NCBI RefSeq assembly: GCF_018977255.1
Contig: NW_024704742.1
Span: forward strand, 18,104,001 to 18,168,000
Reading direction: 5' to 3'
Source: Callorhinchus milii
Taxonomy: Eukaryota
Length of the DNA stretch: 64,000 nucleotides
Each line of letters begins with the position of its first letter. Position 1 is the first letter of the stretch. Of the stretch, positions 37,757 to 49,700 are shown piece by piece. The notes beneath the pieces were generated by a model. That model was not told where the DNA came from and made no database searches. It saw only the letters and a list, made by a program, of their open reading frames with translations. The position numbers and the translations under genes are program-made.

Positions 37757-40700
37757 TCAAACTGTGGCAAAGAGAACCATGTGAAAGAAAAGGAAGAATT
37801 TGCATTTCATAGTACCTCAGATGTCAAAACAGTTCAACAGTATAAACTGTTTAGAAGGATTTTGAAAGCAGCGAGGGAGTGTGTGAGGTGAAGCAATTTA
37901 AGAAGAGAGATCCAGAGAGAAGTAAATGGCGGAAAGCTCACCCACTAATGGTTGGTCAGAGGAAGGGGATGTGAGTTAGCAGAGTGGAAGGGGTGGATAG
38001 GTGAGTAGAACTGCAGGAGTTCACTGAGGTAGGGTGGGACAAGGGATGTGTGTTTTTGAAAGTTAGACTGAGGATCTTGAAATCAATAGGAAATCGGTGG
38101 AGCCTGGTGAGGAAAGAGACAAAGGGCTTGCATGCTTAGTAATGGAAAAGGTACAGGCTGTGGAGTTCTGGATAAACTGGAGCTAGGAAGGCCAGCAAGA
38201 AAGGCTTTGGAGAAATCCAAATAAATGTGATCAACGCATGGAAGTTAGCTTTGACTCCATTGAGTTAAGAGGTGAGTTAAGGTTGAACGCAGATGATGTT
38301 GCAGAGGTGGACCAAAGTGAACTTAGTCAAAGGTTGTAAGGAGAGCTGAAGATCAAAGCAAACATCAAGATTGTACACAGGCTCTGTGAGCTGGGATGAA
38401 CAGTCGGGAAGCTACAAGAGGAGGCCGAGCAGGAAGGCTTTGGTTTGTTGACATTCAGTTGAATGTCTTACCACTTACTTTCACAGATTTTTCGTACCAG
38501 ATTCATTTCAGAATGTTTAACATCTTCATAGGACCACAAAGAAATCATGGACTTTGGGTTTCCTGCAATTCTAAGCAGTGAGGCTGATTGAGCATTCCCC
38601 ACTCCTACTGCTATTATTATGATACCATTTTGTCTCAAGTGTTCAGCACCGGCCAAAGCGTTGTCTGTGCTCTGACCATTCGTGATTAATACAACAACCT
38701 TCTGAACTCCTGGCCTCACTCCCCTCTGGATGCTCAGAGTATCCTCCAAGATATATTGTAGAGCCTTCCCAGTGAGAGCATTCCCATGCAGGAATGGGGC
38801 TGAATTGATCGCTTTTTCATTTTTCCTTCACTGTCAAAGGCATCCAAGTTAAAGAGGGTTCGGGGTTTGTCATTGTAGATCACCATCCCAACCTGCGTAA
38901 GTTCTCTGTCAATATCAAAATGGGATATCACATTCCTCACAAAGCCTTTTATGTAACGGAAATTCTGTCTTCCAACATTGTTCGAAGCATCCACAGCAAA
39001 TACCAAATCCAAAGATTTGGAAAAGCATCCTGTTAAACAGTGACGAAACAGCATTAATTAACTAATTGGTGCTATACTGTCCACTGTACACAAATTATAT
39101 AAAGTAGGTTTTGCATTTGCCCTCATTTGCATTATTATCACAAATGGTCATCAATGTGAGATGCAGACGATCTGTGTTAAAAATTGTCAAAGTGAGGAGA
39201 AAATCAAGTTGCAGGTGACACAGAAGAACAACTCTACACTATTGCTAGTTGCTCAGCTACACTCTATTCAACCATCAACATATTTAGTCACATTTTCAAT
39301 GGCCAGATAGAAGTGGTTGTTGTTAAAGTTGTACTAACTGCAGTGTCCGTAGAATAAAATGGGCTTCATCACATTTGGGCTACAAATAGATGCAATTCTT
39401 CACTCCCCCTCCACCCCACCCCTTTTCACACCAGCACATTCTCCATTAACTGTGAATGAGGGGAATTCCAGAACTGTATGTTCTCGCTGGTGTGTTTTAA
39501 TACATCACTGTAATACAGTTGTTTACAGAGGATATAACTGATAGAGGAATCACTGAGAGCCAATGTATTTAATACAAAGAAGGCATTTTAATTTTTTGCA
39601 AAGCACTGATGTAGAGTCATAGACTCTTACAGCACAGAAAGAGCCCATTCTTCTACCTATCGTGCCTGTGCTGGCTCTTTGAAAGAGCTATCAAATTAGT
39701 CCCACTCCAGCGCTCTTACTCCATAGACTTGCAAATATTTCCTTTTCAAGTAAATATGTATTATAAAGTCTCCATACAGCCTGCTAACAGACTAATCAGC
39801 CTTAACCAGCAAAGAATAAGCATCATCAGTCTCACATTAGGGATCTATGCTGAAGAGCAAGATACTCAAATTAAATTAAAAACTTACCAGGTGTGTTCAA
39901 TCCACATATTTTGTTCCTCAGCTCTAAAACCTTATTGTGCAGCTCCTGGGCTCCGTTAAAGGTAAAGGCCATCCTTGTGTCTCCAGCTATCTGGATTAGT
40001 TCATTTATCATACTGCTTATCCCAACAGAGAGGATCAATATTTCCCTCTCTTTGGCATACTGTGCTGGGAAGATCAGAGAGTCACGTGATTTAGAATTGG
40101 ACAGCACCATGAGAACATGGGGAATACTGTTTCTGAAGCCGTCGCTGGTCTTGAAGCCATATTCAGCGACATACTGCAAAGCTCTTCCTGTGAAGGTGTT
40201 GCCTCCTTTGAAGCGAATCCAATCGATTGCTTTCAGCAAGTCACTGAAGGTGCTGTACTGTCCCATTCCAATCTCCATACGAACACTGTCACTGTATTGG
40301 GCGAACCCCACTGAGACCATGGCTGATGAAGCCATGATAGACTGAAGAAGGAGTTTAACAAAACCTTTTGCCTGATGGAATCCTTCGAGGCCCATATTCC
40401 ATGATCCGTCCACCAAAAAGAGCAGATCGACAGTACAGTCCGTAATGGCAGCGGGTTCTGCATTTAGCACATAAATACATAGGTTAATGAGATCAAGTCA
40501 ATGCTACACTCTCTGCAATGGCACATTCCACTGAATCAATTGTTTTATTTAGGTACTTACTCAGGTATTTGTTTCCAGCTGTGTGATAAAACAAAGATAT
40601 GTTATCAGCAAAGAAAAGTGTTTCATGAATCTTATACTACTGTTCTTTGTGTGGATTTCATATGAAGATAAACTCTCTCCACTAGTGGTGCGTAACAAAT

Positions 40701-43700
40701 ACACATCCACTTACATTTTTAACAGTTCACTGCACACCCAAAGCATGTCCCAGGCTCCACATCAAAACACATTTCTTACGCTTGGTTCACAATACACATA
40801 TTCCAATGTGAATGTAAGCCAGTTAAAATATCCAAAGGTTCAGATCTTCATTATAGATATACAACAACAAATTACACTTGTATAGCACCCTTCACGGCGG
40901 GAAAACATCCCAGGGCACTGGACAATCAGGGATTTTGGACGCAAACTGAGAGTTGGGGTCAGTAGGGGTGGAGGGCAGGGGGAGTGGAAGAGTGACCAAA
41001 GGCATGGTCGAAGAGGAAGGTCTTTAGGTGGGACTTGAAGGAGGGAAGAATGGTTTTGAGGCAGAGGATTGCAGGATAGAGTTCCAGAGTGTGGGGGCAG
41101 AGATGCTGAATGCCTGACCGCCATTGATATATATTATATCCTACATAGCTGTAATGTCACCACAGCATAACTGTGTGAAATAATAACAATAATATTCTTC
41201 CATTTTAAAGAGCATCTCTCAGGTCAGGAGGATGTCTGAAAGTGCGTCACAACATATTCTGTAAAGTGTAGAGACTGTATATTTAAGGATAGCAGCCAAT
41301 TTGCACAGAGCAATGTTCCAGAAACAGCCATGAATAACTGATATTATCTGGGGGATTGCTGGCAGGAAGACTGGGAGAAACACCCTTCTCTTTTTGAATC
41401 ATGACGTGGGATCTTTAACATCCACCTGGGCAGGCAGACAGGACCTCATTCAAAGGATGCCCGCACCAGCAGCACTGCATTCGAGTGTCAGCCTAGACTT
41501 TATGAGTTTAAAGTCCTGACGTAGGGCTTCAACCAATGCCCTTCTGATTCAGAGGCAAGAGGGCAAACAGGCTGACCACTAAATGGTATGATATAGTGAT
41601 GCAAAAATAAGATTAACATCAAGCATCAATTAAATCACAAACCCTAACCCAAATTAATAGTTAAAAGTTGCTGAATTAAACTATTTGGGATTTACAACAA
41701 CAACAACAAAATTACACTTGTATATCACTTTTCACGTTGGGAGGAAGTCCCAAGGTGCTGTTCTAAGTATTCTTCACAGCTACAGGTTGAGTTATGTCTG
41801 TCCTAATAATACATGTGGAGTCCTGTTGCAAGTGAGAAGACCTGAGTTTGAGTCCCAGGCAGGATGATACGTTGGCAAGTTTCCTTACTCTATACGCCTT
41901 GTTTACATAACAGTAACTAGGAACCCGGTTGTTAGTCGATTGCCGGATTATTTTTCCGGTGGTAATAATCTCTCCAAAAAAATAATAATAATAAAATAAT
42001 AATCATTTGGTCACTCAATCCACGACTGTTTGTGGGACACTGTTGTATGCAATTGGCTGCCGTGTTTCGCCCACAAAAATACAGTCAATTCACTTTAGAG
42101 TATATGCTGTGAAGCGCTTTGAGACTTTTCTAAGACATGATTATTATTTATTATTTAATCGTGGAGTCCTGTAGCTCAGTGGTTAGAGAACTCGCTTTGC
42201 AAGCGAGAGACCTGGGTTCGATTCCCGCCAGGGTGAAACCTTGGGCAAGTTTCCTTACTCCACACGCCTGATAATAATCCCTCAAGAAAAAAATAATAAA
42301 TTGGTCACTTCAATCCACGAATGTTGTGCGCAATTGGCTGCCGCATTTTGCCCACAAATAAATTCACTTTACAGTCTATTCTGTGAAGTGCTTTGAGACG
42401 TTTAGAAGACGTGAAAAACACTATATCAAATGCAAGGATTATTATTATTATTATTTATTATTGCAGCAAATAGGCTCAGTAAAAAACGTCATTCCAAGTT
42501 TTCTGCCATTTGCATACCAGGTCAATATTTAAAAATATTTGGAGAAGCCTTGTGATGAAATGCAGATGTGAGGGAGAAGGGAGGGACTAGAGAGATACGG
42601 GAGAGGTGATTAAGAGGGGTGTATGCTCATTTGGAGTATAAACACAGATATGGACTAGTTAGATAAAATATTTCCATGCTGTAACATTTTATGTGTATCT
42701 ATGTCAACCCACAACTGGGTAGTAATCAGGATTCTGACTTATTCTGAAGTTGCTGGGAACACTCTGCAGGTCAGGCAGCATCTATGGAGAGGAAAATGAG
42801 TTAACATTTCAGGTCAATGATTCATTTTCCTCTCTCCATAGATGCTGTCTGACCTGCTGAGAGTTCCCAGTGACTTTCTGTTTTTATTTCAGATTTCCAG
42901 CATCTGCAGTATTGTGCCTTTTTTTCTGACTTCTGAGTTTAACTTTAGTTGAAATGAAACTAGTGGAAACCTGGTGTATTGTGTCACTCTGAGGAAGAGA
43001 AACATTGGGAAGTCATAGACCTTATTGGAAACAGACCCACCACAGTTTTTATCCCCCCCATACCCAAGGGGACACAAGCAGCTGTACTCATCTACAGTCT
43101 CCATGATGCAGGTACCACCATTCAGACATGGGCCTGAATCACAGGGATCTGCAATAGCAAACACAAGCAAAATCATGTTGTCATATCTGTGGAACTACTG
43201 TGACAGGAAAGACAACCAATTCAACAACAACAGCAGCAACAAAATGACATGTATTTAGCGCATTCCAAGTCAGCAGGACGTCCCAAGGTGCTGGATAGTC
43301 AGCGTTTCGGACCCGAGCTGGGGATTGGGGAGGGTGGAGGGCAGGGGGGGAAGCAGGGTGACCAAAAGCATGGTTGAAGAGGAGGGTCTTGAGGTGGGTC
43401 TTGGGGAGGCAAGGGAGGGGGCAAGGCAGAGGGACTGCGGCATGGAGTTCCAAAGGGTAGGGGCAGAGTGGCAGAAGGTCTGCTCACCAATGGTGGGGCA
43501 GGCGAGGTGGCGGACATGAAGCAGGCCGGAGCCCGCTGAGCAGAGGGAGCGGGCAGAATGGTAGGGGGTTAGGAAGTCACAGAGATAGGGGGTAACAAGG
43601 CCATGGAGGGCTTTGAAGGTGAGGACCAGGATCTCGGACTGTATCCTCTGTGTGATGGGAAGCCAGTGGAGTCGGGCGAGGGTGGGGGTGATAGGGTCAT

Positions 43701-46700
43701 GAAGCCTTGTGCGGGAGAGGACATGGGCTGCACAATTCTGGATGGAGGGAGGAGTTGGGGAGATCGACAAGCAAGGAGTTTGCATTGTCAAACCTCAATG
43801 TTATGAATGTGTGGTTTCGACAGCCTGCGGTATGAGACAGTGGCTAAGCCAGGCAATGTTGCGGAGGTGGGGGAAGGCAAAGCAGGTCATGGCACGGATG
43901 TGGAGCAGAAAGGATAATTTCATCTTAACTCTAACCCCAACTGTAAATTCAACCCATTCACCAGAAATAATATCCAAATATTTGGTGGCCTCAGATCATT
44001 ATTAATTTGGGGTAGTAATGAAGTGTCCTTGTTAACTTGGTTTATATTATTTCTTCATCCAAGTTCACTCCAAATTTGAATTTCTTGGCCTTTTGTCCTA
44101 CTGCTTGTGGTATGCTGTTCCATGGATTAGCTGTTTATCTACAATAGTAACTCACTTCTGCAAAGCAATTCAAGACATTTCTTTTACAGGAAAGCAGCTG
44201 TATAAATATAACTTGTTATTATTTCTTTCTTGCTTCTTTTGCTTTGTTCTTTCTGCTTGTTTCTCTTTGCTGTAGGGGACAGCTGTGTGTCTCTTGCCTC
44301 TGAAAGACCAAGTGCTGAGAGTTTCCATCTCTGACTGTGGGGGAAGCACCTTGCCTCCACTTTGGACCACTTCCATGATTTTCCAGCTGAGGTTAGTAAC
44401 TCAAAGCTGAGGTCCAAATTGCACTATGGTGAATCAAACTTAATATCTGTTTGATACCTGCTCCTTGCTGTGAGGAAGAGCCTCACAATATGACAATGAA
44501 GTTGAAGAAGGTAGTAACAACAACAACAAATTACATTTGTGTAGCGCTTTTCATGCCGGGAGGACGGCCAAGCACTTTTATACTATGGTATATATTGCAA
44601 GATTCACAAATGGATTAGCAAATAGAGAATCCTGGATATCTCGCAGTAGACCCTGGTTCATGCAATTCAGCATGATCAGCTGTTGAGCACAGTTCCAGAT
44701 GGATAGCTGTAACCCAGAATTTGCTATTTATAAATCCTTTTTGCAAACTAACAATTTATAACCTTTTTCCTTCAATTTCATTGTCTCATAATGATGAGGA
44801 TCTTCCTCACAGAAATGAGCATGTATTACCCTGGGCCACTGTGCTATATTACGGTAGCAAGTTACAGAGCAAGATAATCGGGGAGTGGCGTGTAGCAAGA
44901 ATAGACCTAAAAGCAGGAAGGGGAGCTAGTGCAAAATAGCTTAGGAAAAACCTTGCCATAGGGAAAATATAGGTAAAAATTGATACGCAGAACATGCATT
45001 TACCTGGGCAGACAGTGCGGTGGCATCGGTTTTGAATCCTATGAAATACCCTTTTCCAACTAGAAAGATTAAAAAATTCCAATTATTAATATTAGGACCG
45101 CTCTCCTTGATCAGCTATTTAAAATAATCCTGACTATGCAATACAGTGACAAATGTGCAGATCACCAGGTATATTATTTCATATATATATATATTAATAT
45201 AGAGATCTGTAATTGTTTTGTGAAAATACTGAATTGTCTACCCACAGGGTGTGAAATAGCCTTGCAGAAATGAAGCATTACATTTTCCACCCTATAATAA
45301 TCCAACAACAACAACAACAACATTACATTTATAGAGCACCTTTCACGTCGGGAGGACGTCCCAAAGTGTTGAACAGTCAGGTGTCGGGGCCCGAGCATGG
45401 GCTGCAGAGTTTTGGATGATCTGCAGCTTGTGAAGGGAAGAGTTGGGAAGGCCGATGAGGAGAGAGTTCCCATAATGAAGCCTTGAGATGACGAATGCGT
45501 GGGTGAGGGTTTCGGGAGCCGGGTGGGGGGGGTTGAGGCAGTGGCGGAGGCTGGCAATATTGTGGAGGTGGTGGTAGGCAGTGCCGGTCATGGTGAGGAT
45601 GTGGGAGAGAAAGGACAGTTCAGGGTCAAACAAGATACCCAGATTCCTGACTGGCTTAGTGAGGTTGAGTGTACAGCCGTGGAGGCTGATGCTGCCAGCG
45701 CCTGAGGTGCGGAGGCAATGGCCAAGCCAATCAGGAGGGCCTCGGTCTTGCTGACGTTGAGTTGGAGAAAGTTGGCCCTCGTCCAGGACTTGATGTTGGA
45801 CAGGCAGTCGGTCAGGACGCCAGTAGTCCTGGAGTTGAGGGTGGGGGCAGAGAGATAGAGTTGGGTGTCATCTGCATACATGCGTAAATTTACCCCATGT
45901 CTGCGGAGGACATCACCAAGGGGGAGCATGTAGACGGTGAAGAGGAGAGGACCGAAGATAGAGCCCTGAGGTACACCACACGAGACGGTGAGGGGGCTGG
46001 AGGAGAAGCCGTTTGCTACAACAAAGTGGTAGGAGCTGAATCAGTCAAGGACAGAACCTTGAAGTTTGAGGTGGGAGGAGAGGCGGCGGAGGAGGATTGA
46101 GTGGTCCACGGTGTCAAAGGCGATGGAGAGGTCGAGGAGGACGAGGAGGCAGAGGGAGCCCTGGTCACACATGGTCAGGATGTCGTTTGTGATCTTGACC
46201 AGAGCAGTTTCCGTGCTGTGGGCAGCACCCTAACCTGATAGGAGGGGTTCATGTAGGAAGTGAGAGGAGCGGAAAGAGCGAAGCTGGGAGGCAACAGCTC
46301 TCTCAAGGACCTTGGATAGGAAGGAGAGCTTTGAGATGGGCCGGTAGCTGGATAGCTGTGATTGGTCGAGGGAAGGTTTCTTTAAGGTGGGGGTGATAGT
46401 GGCTGTTTTGAGGGGGGAAGGAACAGTGCCAGATGACAGGGAGAGGTTAATGATGTCGGCGAGTAGTGGGGCAAGGAGGCGGAGCTGGGATTTAAGGAGA
46501 GGGGTGGGGATCAGGTTGAGGGAGCAGGTGGTGGACTTCATGGAGGTTACTGTGTTGAAGCAGAGGAGGGAGTGACAGGTTCAAAGGTGTGGAAGGAGGG
46601 ATGGGTAATTGTCGGATGGGTAATTGTGTGGGGTGGGAGTAGGGAGGGGTTGGAAGTTGGGAGGGCAGTAGCAGCTGAGTGGATTCCCTTGATTTTCGAC

Positions 46701-49700
46701 TCAAAGAAGTCCAGCATTTTCTCGCAGTGGGAGTCAGAGGAAAGTATCTGTGAGGCGTGTCGGGGAGGGCGGAGGAGCTGGTTAATCGAGAACAGGAGCC
46801 TGGGATTGCCTTTCACCTCTAGGATTAACCTGGAATAGAAGGATGATTTGGCTGAGGCGAGAGCGGAGCGATAGGTTTTGATGATGTCCAGCCAGATGTG
46901 GCGGTGGACTGTTAGGCCGGATTTGAGTCAAGTGCGTTCGGCAGCCCACACCTGGCCCTTAAGCGAGCGGAGGTGGCTGGTGAACTAGCGTGAGGATCGG
47001 GAATAGGAGGCAGTTGAGGGGGGCAAGGACGTCGAGTGCGGTGGAGAGGGTGCGGTGGAGAAGAGTGAGTGCAGCGAGTGGGTTGCTGTGAGAGGGGGAG
47101 GAGATCAGAGGACTCCAGGGCAGCGGAGAGGGATTGCGGGGAAATCTTCTTCCACGGGCGGTAGAAGATGGTAGTAGGTTTGGAGGCAGCGGGGAGAGGG
47201 ATATGGGAGTTGAGGGAGATGAAATGGTGGTCAGAGATGGCCTTGTCAGTGATGGTGACATCCGAGACGCTGAGGCCCCAGGTGATCACCAGGTCATTAA
47301 CAAGCAGAGAAGTAAGTAACAGAAACTCTGTTTATAAGAACATATGATGGCATGGAATAAAAAAGGCAATTCAGCCCATCAACCTCACTCATTCCACTGA
47401 GTATGAAAAACTTATCCTGTTATTTGTTCCACTTCATCCATTCCACTCACTGGGTGAAAGCTCAATACTCCTTGATCAGCAATGGGAATGAAGCAAAAAC
47501 TCCAGAATACTTAAATTCTTAAATATCCCCAATTCCACTATTCAAATCTATCCAGGTATCCTGCATGCAACATTCCTCCGCTCCAGGCCAAAAAACTGAC
47601 CCAGCAGGTCTGAGGACCTCTGAAGACCATTCATAAAATCACAAGCAAGATCTGATGATAAAGGCCCTTCTTGATCTGATTTATCCCAAATGTTTTTCCA
47701 TCATCAAGCTGCTTTTTAAACAATTCCAATGTCCTAGGCTCGATTGCTCTTCCTGGTAACCCATTCCAGCTGTTTAGAGTCTTCTATGTAAAAAATGCTC
47801 TTTTGTTCTAAAATTACTCTTCAAAAACCTCAACCTGTGTCCTTTGTTCCTACTTCCTTGGCATATTTGCAAGTATTGCTCAGGGTTTACTTTCTCCATC
47901 ACATTTAACACTGTATGCACCTCAGAAAGTACAAGTGAAATGTACAAGTTCAATGCCCTCCTAAAACTGGAGCTTTTCTTAAAATGTCTTTAAAAACTCA
48001 TTTAAAATATTCAGGCTTTCTGTCTTTATGGATTTTTTTTGTCCAAATGTGCTAGATATATTTGAAATTGCCTTCATTCTGCAGCGTCCCTATCAGGAAT
48101 AAAATCAAATCAAAATAACTAATGCGCAAACTAGGTTTACACATTGTCATCAAGAGCTGTAGACACCAACTTGTAAAATGGACAGAATGTAGCCATGGGT
48201 TTTCCATGCTGCTTGCCACCATCCTTTTTGCTTTTCCAACAAACATGCTTCCCATGATATTCTTTTTCTGCGTCCACTGTTGTTCTCAGGCAAAACTGTG
48301 ACACCACCCTGCAGGCTGTATAAACCAGAGAAAATTGTAACTGAACTATCCTTGTACTTGTTATGCACTTCAATGCAGAATAGAAGTAAATCGAAAAAAA
48401 ATGACAGCAGTGCTGAAACAAGGATTCATGCATTTCAAGAGGCTTCTCATTCCGAGTGGGGTTAAGTGTAACCAAAAGTGATTGCGTCATGAAATTAAGG
48501 TTTTGTTGGATTGGATGGTATAGTGGACAAGCACATTTATATTTCATCTCCGGTATCTGTTTCTATTGTCTGATGGAATTAAGTTCTCCTTCAATTTGTT
48601 GTCTATAAGTATTTTTTAAATAAAATTGTTTGCAGCAGTCTCAACCTATTTTTTCATTGGTTTGAGCAAAAGCCTGTGCCTAGATTAGCAATCTGATTTA
48701 TGAAGGTCACAGGACACAAAACTATAACAACCACTTGCACTTGTACAGTACTTTTCATGTAGGATGAATGTCTCAAACTACTTGCTAGATAAGTGATCCG
48801 ACAGAGATTTATTGGCCACAGGCAAAGTTAAAGAGATATGTTTTTAAGATGATTTTAAAGGCAGTGGGTCAGGAAGCAAGTTTTTTGTTGTGAAAATGTA
48901 GGAGAAAGTTATTGGCCACAGGCAAGATTAAAGAGATATGTTTTAAGATGGGTTTAAAGGCAATGGGACAGGAAGCAAGGCTTTTTGATGTGAAAATGTA
49001 GGAGAAAAATTGGACGAGGAGACATAGTGGCTGAAAGCTTGGTGGCTGCTCGTGGAACAGAAGGACTGAGGAGTGATAATAAAGCACAATTTGAAAAGTG
49101 GTAAGACAGGCAGAATAATAGTGTGAAAGAAATGACATCAGAATGGAGGGATTTGAAAGTCTATAATCTTAAAATCAATCCAATTGGAAGTCAATGGAGC
49201 TTGGCAGTGATGGGAACTATCATACACCAAATGCTAAAAATAACCATTTTTTCATTTTATGTTTACAATATGACACTCAAAGTGAGAAAATGTCTTAATA
49301 TCCCTTGATGAGCATCCAACCTTACTTAAAGGAAAACACTTCAACTTCTATATTGACCCCTATATATGGGCAAGCAAGTTCTTTCCAAAATACAATATAT
49401 ATATGTGTTTGCATGAGGAATGGACATATCATACATGGACATTACTGGAGTTTGCTGTCTTGAAGCTCTAGAGATCTATGTTGCCTACCTGGGTGGATGT
49501 CAGAACAGACTGTAGACTGAGTCAATGTAGTGAACAGACCATTGATTGCATCGTCATAGTTTTCCGCATAGAACACATGTAATTCACTGGGATTGCTGGC
49601 TAAACTTTTCAGATCTTCCCACCTACAAACAGCGCAACAGTGAGTCAGAGAAAGACTCATCAGCTTTACCGAAGAATACAATCAGCATCACAGAGATCAC

